A DNA stretch of 59,688 nt from a virus (Duplodnaviria; Caudoviricetes), in IMG/VR virus record IMGVR_UViG_3300036399_001256, positions 1 to 59,688 of that record. The stretch is one strand, 5' to 3'. Below are positions 25,632-37,300 of this stretch, piece after piece. The translations under genes and the position numbers were made by a program. Positions within the stretch are counted from its first letter, which is position 1. Each line of letters starts with the position of its first letter. Below the pieces are notes generated by a model. The model was not told the origin of the DNA. It worked only from the letters and a program-made list of their open reading frames with translations, and did not search any database.

Positions 25632-25779
25632 GTCACCACATTCCAGCCTCCGTCAGACGTGGGCCGCGACGATAGGTAGCTCAAGCGGGAGAGCACCGGC
25701 GACAACCGGCAGTGCGGGATTCGAGAGTCCGCCCAACAATAGCGAGAGCGACCTGCTACGGCGGTTGGAGTGTGGTGAC
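25632..25779 (+). ncRNA. Long-stem RNA enclosing a tRNA-like domain
   Basis: 17-bp closing stem with two G-U pairs; internal D arm TAGCTCAAGCGGGAGAGC and T-like arm. Confidence 0.6.
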
Positions 25780-25786
25780 ACAAACT

Positions 25787-25916
25787 TTTGAGCGGCGGCG
25801 TGGAAGGACACACTGAAAAGAGCCTAAGAAGACGCGAAATCACCAGATAGTGCCTCGGCCCGTGGCGACTTAGCGGGCGAACTTCACCAGCCGGAATCAA
25901 GCCCGGCCCGCTCAAA
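25787..25916 (+). ncRNA. tRNA-like RNA with a ~65-nt insert in place of the anticodon loop
   Basis: TTTGAGCGG/CCGCTCAAA acceptor-like stem, GTG-GAAGGA-CAC D-like arm, GCCGG-AATCAAGC-CCGGC T-like arm. Confidence 0.55.
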
Positions 25917-25962
25917 CCCTTTTCTTGACGGAACGTCAGCACCATGATATTCGCCGTTCGCC

Positions 25963-26595
25963 ATGATCGACCTCATCCCTGACATCGGAGCCGACGCTCC
26001 TCCCTCCGCCGGTTACCTCCGCCTCGTCAACGATGCTGGAGTTCTCCGCGCCCTCGACGCCAACGGCCGCAAGTTCCGCCTGCGTCCTGAGCCTGGCACT
26101 CCGGTTCACGCTGCCACCGCCGCCGGCGTCCTCACCCTCGCTGGCAACGCCGTCGCCGCTGAAACTGTGGTGATCGGCGACAAGACCTACACTTGGCGGG
26201 CGTCCGTCGGTGCCACCGCCAACGAAGTCCTCGTCGGTGCCTCCGCCTCCGCCTCCATCGACAACCTCATCGCCGCGATCAACGGTGCAGCCGGATCGGG
26301 CACGACCTACGGCTCCGCGACCGTCGCTCACACCCAAGTCACTGCCGCGGCTGGAGCCGGTGACACCATGGACCTTTCCGCCAAGGCAATCGGCATCTCC
26401 GGCAACTCCATCCAGACCACCGAGACGATGACCAACGGTTCTTTCGGTGCTGTAACTCTCGCCGGGGGTGTCAACGCCACCGAAGGCAGCGCAGGCGATC
26501 AGATGTATGACGCCTCCTACCTCTACGTCGCCAACGCCGACGTCGCCATCACCTCGACCGCTGGCTGGGAGCGCATCTCCACCACCGCGTTCTAA
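25963..26595 (+). CDS. Ala/Gly/Thr-rich virion structural or decoration protein
   Basis: ETVVIGDKTYTW..NEVLVGA..NLIAAING pattern; conserved box 38 bp upstream. Confidence 0.65.
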   Translation: MIDLIPDIGADAPPSAGYLRLVNDAGVLRALDANGRKFRLRPEPGTPVHAATAAGVLTLAGNAVAAETVVIGDKTYTWRASVGATANEVLVGASASASIDNLIAAINGAAGSGTTYGSATVAHTQVTAAAGAGDTMDLSAKAIGISGNSIQTTETMTNGSFGAVTLAGGVNATEGSAGDQMYDASYLYVANADVAITSTAGWERISTTAF

Positions 26596-26675
26596 CCAAC
26601 TTCCCGCCGTGCGCCCTGAGTTGGGGGCTTGCATGACACCAAACGCTAATTCCCGGCGCACGGCGGATTTCTTTC

Positions 26676-28457
26676 ATGATAGACGACCGGATCATCCGCG
26701 AAGCGATCCAGTGGGACACCGCCGGATGGTTCGAGGGATTCGGCAAGATCGAGCGGAAGAACGGCGACCTCGTCTCGCCCCGAGCTAACGTCTATCAGCT
26801 ACGCATCAGCGACATCATCCGCTGGTGCCATGAGAACGGCAGGCCATGCCGCCTCGTTTGCCTCAAGCCTCGCCAGAAGGGTTCCTCGACGTTCTCCGTC
26901 GCCGCCATGTATCGCCGCCTACTCGCCAAGCGCGGGCGTGGCCTGATTGCCGGCGGTGCTCACTTCCAAGGGCAGAACCTGTTCAAGATCCTCAACACCT
27001 ACGCGAAGAACGACGAACTCGACCCGAAAACGTGCAAGGTGATGGACACCGAGGCGCGGTTCAATAACGGCTCGACCATCGAGCGCATCACCCTCGCCAA
27101 CCCGAACGCCGGCCGATCCGGAACGTATCAGTCCCTCATCATCACCGAGGTCGCATACCTCGCCGAAGAGGGCGTCGCCAACGCCACCAACGTCCTCAAC
27201 GGCCTGCTGAAGTGCGTTCCATACGAGGCTGACACCGTTATCATCCAGGAGTCCACTGCCAAGGGCGCACAGGGGGATTTCTTCGAGACGTGGGAGGCAG
27301 GGATTTCCTTCGATGACCTCAAGGCCGGGAAGAATGGCTACGTGCAGGTGTTCGCCGCATGGTTCGAGTTCGATGATTCACGCATGGACCCGGAGTCCGA
27401 GGGCATCTCCTCCGACAACGACCTCACCGCCGAGGAGCGCGACCTCGCCGACCGTCACAACCTCGACCACTCGCAGATTGCATGGATGCGCTGGGCCATT
27501 CGTGAGGAGTGTAAGGGAGACTTCGATCGGTTTAGCCAAGACTACCCGTTCGACCCCGAGACGGCGTTCCTCAAGTCCGGCCGTGGGGCGTTTGATGCGA
27601 AGGGGCTGGCCTATCAGGAAGAACTTGTCCCGCTCCGGCCGCGCGAGTTCGGATACCTCGACTACAACCCGCGCGCCGACCGTGTCGCATGGGTGCCGTG
27701 CGCGGAGGCGCAGGCCCGGTGTGTCCGCTGGGAGACACCGCGCGTCGGGTGCCGCTACCTGATTTCCGTCGACCAAATGACCGGCGAGGATCAGACCGGT
27801 GGCGAGGATCCAGACAGCCACGCCGTGTTCGTGATTCGTGATGGATACCTCGACCGCGGGCGATGGATCGAGCCCGCCGTTGTCATGCGGAACATGCTGG
27901 TGCCCGGGAAGAAAGAAGGAAGTCTCTGCTGCTGGTGGGCCATCGATGTCCTTGAGGAAGTCGTCTGGCGAATGGCGCGATACTGGCAGGCCATCATCGT
28001 GCCCGAGATGAACATGGATCGAGGGCTGGTCGAACTGCTCAAGCAGCGCATCGATGTCGCCATCTACGAGCGCGAGATGTTCAACCGTCGGGAGAACGTC
28101 CTCACCAAAGCCCTCGGATGGATGACCGACAAGACCACCCGCCCGATGATGCTGGATAATTTCTACATGCACGTTCGGGAGGCTGGCCGTGGACAAACGA
28201 AGAAGGGCGTGGAGGTGCGGTGCCCGTGGGCGATCAAGCAGATGAAGAATTTCGTGGTCAAGAAGAGCGGGCGGGCGGAAGCGAGCGCCGGCCAACACGA
28301 CGATGACGTGCTCTCGCTGGCGATCGGTTGGCAGAACCTCGACATGGCAACGCCGTGGAATGAGATCGAGCGCGGCGAGTGGATTCCCCGTGATTTGCGG
28401 GGGGGGCATGGGGTGATGCAGATGGAGGCGCGGCGGTCTGTTTCGCAATGGGGTTGA
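26676..28457 (+). CDS. terL: Terminase large subunit
   Basis: LKPRQKGSST Walker A, TEVAY Walker B, ESTAKG, QDYP..AF, ISVD, PEMN, HDDDVLSLAI nuclease motif. Confidence 0.93.
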   Translation: MIDDRIIREAIQWDTAGWFEGFGKIERKNGDLVSPRANVYQLRISDIIRWCHENGRPCRLVCLKPRQKGSSTFSVAAMYRRLLAKRGRGLIAGGAHFQGQNLFKILNTYAKNDELDPKTCKVMDTEARFNNGSTIERITLANPNAGRSGTYQSLIITEVAYLAEEGVANATNVLNGLLKCVPYEADTVIIQESTAKGAQGDFFETWEAGISFDDLKAGKNGYVQVFAAWFEFDDSRMDPESEGISSDNDLTAEERDLADRHNLDHSQIAWMRWAIREECKGDFDRFSQDYPFDPETAFLKSGRGAFDAKGLAYQEELVPLRPREFGYLDYNPRADRVAWVPCAEAQARCVRWETPRVGCRYLISVDQMTGEDQTGGEDPDSHAVFVIRDGYLDRGRWIEPAVVMRNMLVPGKKEGSLCCWWAIDVLEEVVWRMARYWQAIIVPEMNMDRGLVELLKQRIDVAIYEREMFNRRENVLTKALGWMTDKTTRPMMLDNFYMHVREAGRGQTKKGVEVRCPWAIKQMKNFVVKKSGRAEASAGQHDDDVLSLAIGWQNLDMATPWNEIERGEWIPRDLRGGHGVMQMEARRSVSQWG

Positions 28458-29047
28458 CGAAACGTGAGCGGAGTGATTGGGTTTCTGCCGTCATGCAAGA
28501 AGTCGCCCCTGTTGACAGTGAGTCCGTGCTCCAAAGAATGGAGTTGTTATATCTGCGATCAAGGCGCAATGGATTTGATCCGACTGAGTTTACTGTGAGT
28601 CCGAGCATTGCCCATTTTTTTCAGGATGATCCTGTTGGTGCTTTGCGTCCCTACCGCAGTATCAAAGTTTCTGTTGGTCGATTGCAAATCGAGCCCGTGA
28701 TTTTGATTTCGCATGATAATCGGAATGTTCCGCCGTCATCAGGCGATGAGGTGGATGAGCGATACGAAGGATCGAAAAGCACTTTTGAATCAATTGAAAT
28801 GATGAGCGATGCGGTCGCTCTCAAATCACCCACCGCTCTAGCCGAGCAAATCGGCGGCACCCACTACAAGGATCTCGCCATCCAGCCCGCCGAGTATTGC
28901 CAGCGCAACGGCCTGTCCTACTGCGAGTCGAACGTCGTGAAGTATGTGACCCGCCACAAGAAGAAGGGCGGGCTGGAGGACATCAAGAAGGCGATTCACA
29001 ACCTGCGACTGGTGGCGCACTTCGAGTATGGGGAAGAGTTGCCATGA
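28448..29047 (+). CDS. DUF3310-domain protein
   Basis: QIGGTHYK..NVVKYVTRH..KGGLEDIKKA; the real start may be near 28800. Confidence 0.75.
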   Translation: MGLTKRERSDWVSAVMQEVAPVDSESVLQRMELLYLRSRRNGFDPTEFTVSPSIAHFFQDDPVGALRPYRSIKVSVGRLQIEPVILISHDNRNVPPSSGDEVDERYEGSKSTFESIEMMSDAVALKSPTALAEQIGGTHYKDLAIQPAEYCQRNGLSYCESNVVKYVTRHKKKGGLEDIKKAIHNLRLVAHFEYGEELP

Positions 29048-29075
29048 GTGAGTTAACGGCTAACGGACTGATTTT

Positions 29076-29708
29076 ATGAGAAACGTGAACTGCCCCAAAG
29101 CTAAAGTCTTTGTCCGCTGCGATGCGTTCGGCGGGCCTGCCGACCGATTTGAAACCGCGTGGCTTGTTTCCGTTAGAACAATGCGGAATCGCCCCTTGTG
29201 CTTCCAGGTGTGGGTGGAGAAATACGCGGCCTGCTTCGATAAGGTGCCTCCGCACTGCCTCTACTGGTATGAGCCGGAGGATGGCGCGGTTCCGTTGCCG
29301 CTCCACAAAGTCCAAATGTGGGAGTGCCTGTCGGGTTCCATTGAGGTCTGGCGCAAGGATCAGCTCAACGATGTTCCGGTGCTGGTCAACCTCGGAAAAG
29401 GAATGAAACCCATCGGTGGACACTACTGGTTCACGATTGACTTCATTCCAGAGGGGCAGGCTCAAGGGATCATGGACGTTGGGGATTCTGAGTTGTTAGA
29501 AGAACACAAGGAGGGCAACGTGATCCGGCTGGAGAATGGCCAGATTGCGATCTATCCAAACAACCGGATCAAGTGGCTTCCGGTGTCGCTTACCAAAAAG
29601 GACGCCGCTGTAACCATTCCGAATTGGGACGCAGCAACCAACGCCCAGTGGGATGAATGGTGGTCGGATTCGGACGAGCTTCTTGGTGATGCAAAATGGT
29701 CGTATTGA
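29076..29708 (+). CDS. Conserved hypothetical phage protein
   Basis: Q.WEC.S, YWFTIDF, EHK, L.NGQ.A.YPNNR motifs. Confidence 0.75.
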   Translation: MRNVNCPKAKVFVRCDAFGGPADRFETAWLVSVRTMRNRPLCFQVWVEKYAACFDKVPPHCLYWYEPEDGAVPLPLHKVQMWECLSGSIEVWRKDQLNDVPVLVNLGKGMKPIGGHYWFTIDFIPEGQAQGIMDVGDSELLEEHKEGNVIRLENGQIAIYPNNRIKWLPVSLTKKDAAVTIPNWDAATNAQWDEWWSDSDELLGDAKWSY

Positions 29709-29907
29709 TTTTTCCAAAACATGAAACCCCACCCACCCTACTTTACCCCCGCCGCCAAAGCACACCTTGTTGACCCAAAGCTGGAGGTGACCGTTCTCCC
29801 GACGCTGATGGACTGTGTTCTTGAGGCGATCAAGGTCCGTGGGTGGATACTGAACCCGAACCCGTTCGAGGGGCTCGTTGAGCTTCCGGCGTTTCAATGA
29901 TTTCACC

Positions 29908-30213
29908 ATGAGCCAAGAACCCCACCACATGCTCCGCCGTCGCGGTCGATTCATGATTCCTGAGAGCGTCGTGAAGCGCGATTCCGAATCCGCCAGACTC
30001 ATCCTCGCCGAATGCGTCGTTGTTTCGTGTGAGTTTTCCTTTAAGCACCGAGCGTTCATGATTGAGGCGACCAGCCATCACTTCGAAAATATCGAGGACG
30101 CGTGTGAACCCGTCGATTATTGCCCTCAGCTTTTGACGGTGAACGTCGGCACCGACGAGGAGCCGAAATACGAGAAGAGGTTTGATCAGTTCGTCCGAAT
30201 CCCTCAACCTTGA
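29908..30213 (+). CDS. Hypothetical protein
   Basis: ORF ending at the conserved box at 30210. Confidence 0.55.
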   Translation: MSQEPHHMLRRRGRFMIPESVVKRDSESARLILAECVVVSCEFSFKHRAFMIEATSHHFENIEDACEPVDYCPQLLTVNVGTDEEPKYEKRFDQFVRIPQP

Positions 30214-30244
30214 CGAAACGTCAGCTTTCCCGTATTAGCAACGC

Positions 30245-31336
30245 ATGGCTGAGACGATCATTCCCGAAGGGCGCGGCAGGGCAGAAGCGATGCGGACATT
30301 TCTGGCTACCGGAGGGGAGCGTGTTTCCCGTGGTGGTTCTCGCTACCCGGGGTATCGCTACACCCAGGGGGCGCTCAAGGGCATGACCCAAGAGCAGGCC
30401 GAAGCGGAGTTTGAGAATCGGTGGGCTGGCGCATCCGGCGCGATCAAGGACAAGTATGCGCGGCAGGCATCGCCCGAGGGTGTGCTGTCGCCGTCTGAGA
30501 TGAAGCGATATCAGGGGCCGAAACCCGCCCTCCCCAAGCCTCCCGCCAGTTCTGTCAGAACGGCCGACGGACTGGCTTTTCGTGATGGTGCTGGAATTGT
30601 TTTGCCTCCTGCCGCCCCCCGGCCAGCACCGAAGCCAATGGATATTTCCAATGAACCCGGTGTCAGCGGAATGGTTCAAGGGCCGCCCACTCCAGCCGTG
30701 AGCGCCGAGATAGCCAAGCGGTCAACGGTCGTCGGGCCACCCGCCACCACCGCGCCCACGGGCTACGCTGGTCCCACCGCCCCGCGCATCAACCGCCTGA
30801 CCGGTCTGCCGTTCGGCTACCAACCTGGCGACAAACTCCCTGACGGCGCATCCCCGGCGATGCAATCAGCCGCCGCCGGATCCGCTCGCAACATGGAAGC
30901 CGCCGACCAAGCGCCCCGTGCCACTGACGCCGAAGCCGCCGCCGTCACCCGGATGATGGAGCGCGACGGTGCCATCCCCACCAAGCCCGGACCAACCTAC
31001 GCCGGTCCCCGCCCATCCAAACCGATGGGCACCGTTCGGAAGGATGGCTACAAGCCACGCTCCGATGCCGAGGACCGCCAGCGCGAGCAGGAATCAGCCA
31101 CTGCCCGCGAAACCGGCACGATGGGCACTTACTTCACGAAGCAGGGTCAGCCTGAAATGGCCAAGGCGTTCAAGGACCGAGTCACTCCAGAGCAGCAGAA
31201 GAGCATGTCTGAGTTTACTGGTTCCGCCCCCCGCGCAATGCGGGTGCTCACTCCTGAACAATTCGCCGCTGAATCTTCACCGCCTGCCGCCCCCGCCGCC
31301 CCCCGCACCGGATTTGCCCTCGCCCGCCGCCGCTGA
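30245..31336 (+). CDS. Pro/Ala-rich putative ejection or internal virion protein
   Basis: Low-complexity 363 aa directly upstream of the giant gene; TTGACG-17-TATTAG lies 6 bp before the ATG. Confidence 0.6.
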   Translation: MAETIIPEGRGRAEAMRTFLATGGERVSRGGSRYPGYRYTQGALKGMTQEQAEAEFENRWAGASGAIKDKYARQASPEGVLSPSEMKRYQGPKPALPKPPASSVRTADGLAFRDGAGIVLPPAAPRPAPKPMDISNEPGVSGMVQGPPTPAVSAEIAKRSTVVGPPATTAPTGYAGPTAPRINRLTGLPFGYQPGDKLPDGASPAMQSAAAGSARNMEAADQAPRATDAEAAAVTRMMERDGAIPTKPGPTYAGPRPSKPMGTVRKDGYKPRSDAEDRQREQESATARETGTMGTYFTKQGQPEMAKAFKDRVTPEQQKSMSEFTGSAPRAMRVLTPEQFAAESSPPAAPAAPRTGFALARRR

Positions 31337-31347
31337 CCCTCACCACC

Positions 31348-34300
31348 ATGGAATCCCCCTTTCGACCAAAGCCCGAAGCCGCATCCCCAAAAGGTGAAGC
31401 AGTCGCCGAGGGTGTCACCCCGAGCACCCAAAGCGGCATTTTCTCAGCAAAACTTGGCACGCCGACGTGGCGGAAATTCGTCGCCAACCAGGCGTTCGCC
31501 GAGTCCAACCGTGGTGCGATCGCTGCCGAGAACGAATACACCGACCGCATCGCCCGCGAGAACACCGCCGCCCGCCGCGCCCCCGCCGCCGACCCGGTCG
31601 AATCGTTGGAGGAGAAATTCGGTGGCGACAACGGCAGGCTGTTCCGCAAGATCGGGAAGAACGTCGAAACGCTCGACCCGGAACAATTTGCCGATGACCC
31701 CAAGGTCGGCCCCTACGCCCGCAAAACCCTGTTTGATCGGGAACGGCGCAAGGCGCTCAAGGACGCCGAGGATTTGGATTTCAGGTTGCGCGATCCGTCA
31801 TTGCGCGTGAATCAGCTCTCACCGAAGGAGCGTGCCGACGCCGAGACGGAGTTGGGCATGATCGGTGACTCTCCAGACTATGCGGAGCAAGCCGCGGCGC
31901 TGCGTGAGCGCATCCGCAAGGATGATGAGGTGCGGAAAATGGAGCAGGAGGCGTTCAACGCCAAAGGCCGCGCCCGCGAATTTGAATCCGCTGACCCGGA
32001 TCAATGGTGGCAGTCGAAGCGGAGCCAACCATCCGCCGCCGTGCCGGATGCCCGCGCCATGCAGCAAGCCGCCGACGTGGCCGACGACTCCGCAGCGCGT
32101 GAGATGCGGGAGATTGAATCGCGACTCGCCAATGGTGTGACCGGGACCGAACTCGACACAGCCAAAGCCCGCATGGCCGAACTTGCGGACGCCCGGAAAC
32201 AGATCGCCGACGCCCGCCGCGCCGGTGATGAGCAGGTTGCCAGCGTGCAGGCGCGGGCAAAGCAACAAGTGACTCGCCAATCGGAAGCAGCGGTTCGGGC
32301 AAAAATCGCAACTCAAGGCGGAGTTGATTTGTCCGGAGTGAAGCCAGGCATGGCTGAGGCAGTAAAAACCGGACTCAACAACATGACAGGCGGCGACGCC
32401 GCGTATCGCGCCAACAGGTTGATTGCAGCGGATGGCGGCAGGGTGAACGCCCGGAAAAACCTTCAGACTCGCCTTGAGAATGCTCAAAACCGCAGCCCGA
32501 ATCTCGGTGGAAGCATCAAGGATGGCGGCAAGGATATTAACGACCGAGATCGCCAATATGAGATTTCCAACCTTCGCGAAACCCTCAAGGCACTTGATAC
32601 CCAAGAAAAGGCATTCAAGGAATCTGGGATTACCGATCCAGCTGAAATGGACCGCATTCTTGCGGACGCTTCCAAGGAAAACGAGTGGACGGAAAACGAC
32701 AGCGACAACATCCGGCAGCTTTCGACCGGCGAAATCGCCATCAATCCGGCCCGTGTTTTCGGCCAGAGAGACGCAATAATTGCAGCAATCAACGCTTCGA
32801 GCAGCAGCAAGGAAGACAAGGAAAGTGCCGTCGCCCGCTTGGATGCGATGCGCGAAAGCATGGCGGATAAAATCGCCAACGACACTTACTATGCCGACAG
32901 CGGTTTCGCGAAATTCGAGCAGGCAAAAGCAGCCGCCGGAGTGACTGATAAACTGCAAATTCTGGACGAATGGAGCGCCAGTCAGAAGGATCGGAACTGG
33001 GTTTTCAAAGCCGGTGACGCCATCAAGACCGGCTTGGCAACTGGGACAATCGGGGTTTATAAAACCGTCGTCGGCGGGGTCGCTGGCGGAGCTGCACTGG
33101 TTGGCGCTGAAGGCGTGGCGAAGGAGATGGGTGGTGAGCAGCAATTTCTTGCGGATGCGATTTCCAACATTGGAGAGGCGGGAAAACAGCGGGGTTTAAC
33201 TGGTGGCTACGGTCTAACTTCTGAGCTTTCTCAGACCGTTACCCAAATGGCTCCAATGCTGATCGGTGGTCAAGTGGCGGCTGGCTTGAAAGGTATCTCC
33301 CGAACCGTTGTTGGCGGCATGTCGGTTTATGGATGGGCGGCAGCTCAGGGTTATGAATCGAAACTCGCCGATGCGGTTTCGTATGCTGAGGCAGAAAAAG
33401 GCAGCAAGCTCACCCGCAATGAAATTGCCGCAGTGCTTGGTGACGGCACCGTGCAAACCGCTGCATTTCTCAACGGCGCACAAACAGCGATTCTGGCAAA
33501 AATCCTTGGAGGTGGCGCGGAGCGGGCGGCACTTGGCGGCAAAAACGTGCTTGGCAAGCAGGTTTCGTCAATGACCGTGAAGGATTTCGTGAAGGGTGGG
33601 GGACTTGCAGCCGCGAAAGACGGCACGCTTCGCAAAGAGCTTGGTGCAATGGCGAAGACGATTTTCTTGGATGCCACTGATGAGGCTATTGAGGAATTCA
33701 CCAACCAGATGCTTGATGGGATCATTAGCGTCGCAGTTCTGGGTGAGGACATGAAGTTTGGCGACCTGCTTTATGAATCAGCCTATGCAGGCGGGCTTGG
33801 GGCGCTTGTGGGGGGGGCGCTTCCTCAATTTCGAAAATCAAATCGCCCTGCCGCGCCCAACTCTCCCGGCTCGCAACCAAAAGTTCAAGAGTTGGTAGCC
33901 ACAGCTCTCACTGCCGAAGACCCCGACGCCCCACCACCCACCGAGGACGAAGTCCGCGCCGCCGAATCCATCACCCCGGAGAACTCCGGTGCTGCCGACA
34001 TCGCCGATGGTGTGTTGATTGAGCGCGAGCTTGCGGAGGTCGTCGCCGCCGAAGAATCCGCGCTGGCCGACGCCGAACAGGCGGTGGTCGATGCTCAGGC
34101 GACCGGCGACAAGACCCTCATCAGCGCCGCCGAGGGGGCGCTTGAGAAAATTCAAACCACCGGCCCCGCCGCTCCCCGTGTCCGCGCCGTGCTGAAAATC
34201 GCCGGTGGCCAAGCACTCTCCGACCTCGCCGACGCCGAAGCGCGGTCGCTGGGGTTCACCACCGAAGGCAAGCCACTCCCCGCCACCGACCTGAAAGCCG

Positions 34301-37300
34301 TGGGGCTCACCAAGCCACTCGTCCGCGCCGGTGCCGATGGCTCCGCCGTGCTGCTGGATGAGGCGCTGTCGATGGTCGAGAAGATTTCCCCCCGCGCCCG
34401 TGGCCGGGTGAAGCTCACCGAGGCGGAAGCGTTTGCGAAGTCGAAGGAACGCGCCGAAGCAGCGAATCAAGAGTGGGATGTCGAGTTGGCCGATGGCGGC
34501 ACCGTCCGCGTCCGCGCCGCCGACGAAACCGCCGCCGAAGAAGAAGCCGCCGCGACCGCGACCGGCCGCATCGTTCAAGGGACCGCCCGCAAAACCAATG
34601 AGCCGAACACACCGCAAAACGAATCACTTGCACCGGTGCCATTGCCATCGATGCCAGAAGGGGCGACGGGGACCAAGGGTGCTCAGCCTACTGGCGGCAA
34701 TGCTGCTGGAGTTGGGACTTCCCAAACGCGCCCCAAAGGTGAAGTGAGCGCCATCGATGCCGCCCGCAAGCGCATCACCAAAATCAAAAAATCTCCGGCA
34801 CTCCGCGACCTCATCGCCGACGTGTCCTCGCCGGAAGCCCGCGCCGCCACCACGGAAGCCGGGATCGTCATCAACCCCGAGCGCATCGTGAACGAAGCGA
34901 TGGCCGGCGGCATGAAGCCCACCCAAGCCGCCGAATACTTCGCCCGCGTGCTCGATGAGGAAGTCCGCCACCTTGCCCACCTCCAATCCGCCCGGAAACT
35001 GTGGGAGGAAGCTGGATCGCCGGGAGTGCTGGAGGAATGGCGTGCCGCTCACTACGGGGCGATCTGGAATGAGGATTTCGTCGGCACCGGCAAAGACAAA
35101 ATCATCCGCGATCTCTACGCCAGGGACGCCACCAAGCAAAAAGACCTGAAAAAATTCGACTCTCTGCCCGATTGGCAAAAGGCCATGGAGGGCATCCGCA
35201 TGATGTCCCAGGGCGACAAGGTAACTGAGCAGGCGAAGCTGTGGCTCAACATCAGCGAGAAGCTCCGCAGCGCACTGCAAGCCGCCCTCGATGCCCTCAA
35301 GTCGCTCATCGCCGACATCGATTCTCTCCCGTCCCTCAAAGCCGAAATCACCAACCTTGAAAATGCCCTCCGAGAAATCACCAGCACTCCGAATTCAGGA
35401 AATCGTCCAGCGAAGCCGCCTCAAGGCAAAACGGGTGATGGAACTCGCCCAAAGCCCGGAAAGCCCAGTGCTGAAACTCCGAACGATGGCCGGACTGAAT
35501 CAGGAGCAGGCGGAGGAACTGGTGTCGCTGTTGGCGACCGGGTCGAGTTCGACCGCAAAGGCGAGCGGCTGACCGGCGTCGTGGATTTGATCCGCGGTGA
35601 CGTGCTCCGGGTGAAGCTGGATGCGCCGGACTCCGAGAACGTGCCTACGCGCATGGTCCGCGCCGATGTCGTGACGGTGCTGGCGGGCGCGAAGGAAATG
35701 AAGGGCGAGAAGATCGACAAGGAATGGGTCGCATTCTCCCCTGAAAGCGGAAGCCTTGGCATTCCTCGCGATATGATGCCCCAGATCAAATCCGAGAATC
35801 GCGGGGCGATGGTGAATTTCCTGAACGCCCGCGGCGTTGCCCATGCCGCCGACGAAGTGCCCGCCGCATCACTCAAGCCGACCCAGCTCGAATACTCCCC
35901 CGCCAAAGTTGCCAAGGCCAAGGCGTTTGAGGGCGGAAATCGCTCCATTCTGATTTCCTCCGATGGCCACATCGTTGACGGTCATCATCAGTGGATGGCC
36001 GCGCTGGAGAAGGGCGAGAACATCGCCGTGATCCGACTGAACGCACCGATCCGCGACCTGTTGCCCATGGTGCTGGAAATGCCGAGCACGGAGACGGCGG
36101 GGGGCGCGAATGAAAGCAAACCGCCGAAAGCTTCAAATCCAGTGCCTGAAATTAAAGGCGAAGAGATCGAGTTTGTCGTTCAGCCTTTGCGCCCCGGTGC
36201 TCCAAGCGAAACAATCAAAATCCCGGCGAAGCCTCAAACTATCGGGCGCGGATCACTGGTTTCATGGACGGATCAAAACGGCACGGAACGCCAAGGGCGG
36301 GTTGAATATGTCGTCGAGCGCGGAGACATCATCCCCGGCGTAGTCACCAAGCCGACCAAGTTCTATTCAGTCAATTCCAATGGTGCGAGCTTTGACGTGT
36401 CGGAAGAAAACGAGACGTTGCGGAGGATCGAAAAGCTGGATGAGCAAGCTGCTGCTCCAACCGTCAAGGAATCCTTGACAGTTCAACTCTCCGAAGCCGA
36501 CCAAGCCGCGCTCGACCTGATGTCGGACATCATCCCCGGCCTTCAAACCGCACCGCTCCCCGGAGCCGACAACTACAAGCAGGCTCTTCCCCCCGGGAAA
36601 ATCGCAGGGTTGATTTCGGTTGCTCAGAAATACATCACCGAGGGAATCAATACTCCCGAGGCATTTGCAGAACGATTCAGCAAACTGGCTGGTGGCCAAC
36701 TCATGCCATTTACCCAAGCGTTCTGGGGTGCGTTCGTCATCGTTGATCCAACGGTGAACGCCTCGCCGGATTGGGCTGGGATTTACGGTCGTCTTGACAA
36801 TTCTGGCGCGAAAGAGGAGGGTGCCACCGATGACAACGCGCCTCAATCCAGCCTTGGTGGTCAAAGTTCGCAAGCAGGTGATCGCGTGGAACCGGGAACT
36901 CAGGGATCCGTGGATTCCATCACCGGCGGCACTCTCAATCGCCCAAACGATCAAGGGCAGCAGTCCGACGATGGCAACGCTTCTGACCAAAGCGGAGATT
37001 CTGGAGCCGTGGGCGGAAATGCTTCACGACCAGGTTCTGCTTCTGATGAAGCGGGAGGTGGATCAGGGCCGGGAAGCCGGGGAGGCACTCAACCGGGCAA
37101 TGCTGGAACTGGTTCCGGCAACGCCGGAGACGGAAGCGGAGTGGCTGGAAGCGAACAGCCTACCCACTCGCCCGGAAGAACTGGCTACCGCCTGACCGAC
37201 CCTGAAACGATTCTTGGATCAAAGGGTCCGAAAGATCGGTTTGCCCGCAACCGCAAGGCACTCGAAACCTACGACAAGGTCTTTTCCGAAGGGCGGGATC

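Noticed and set aside
25565-25635. Hammerhead ribozyme (CTGAGGA and GAAAC present)
   Set aside because: CTGAGGA is not followed directly by stem II, and stems I and III cannot be formed.
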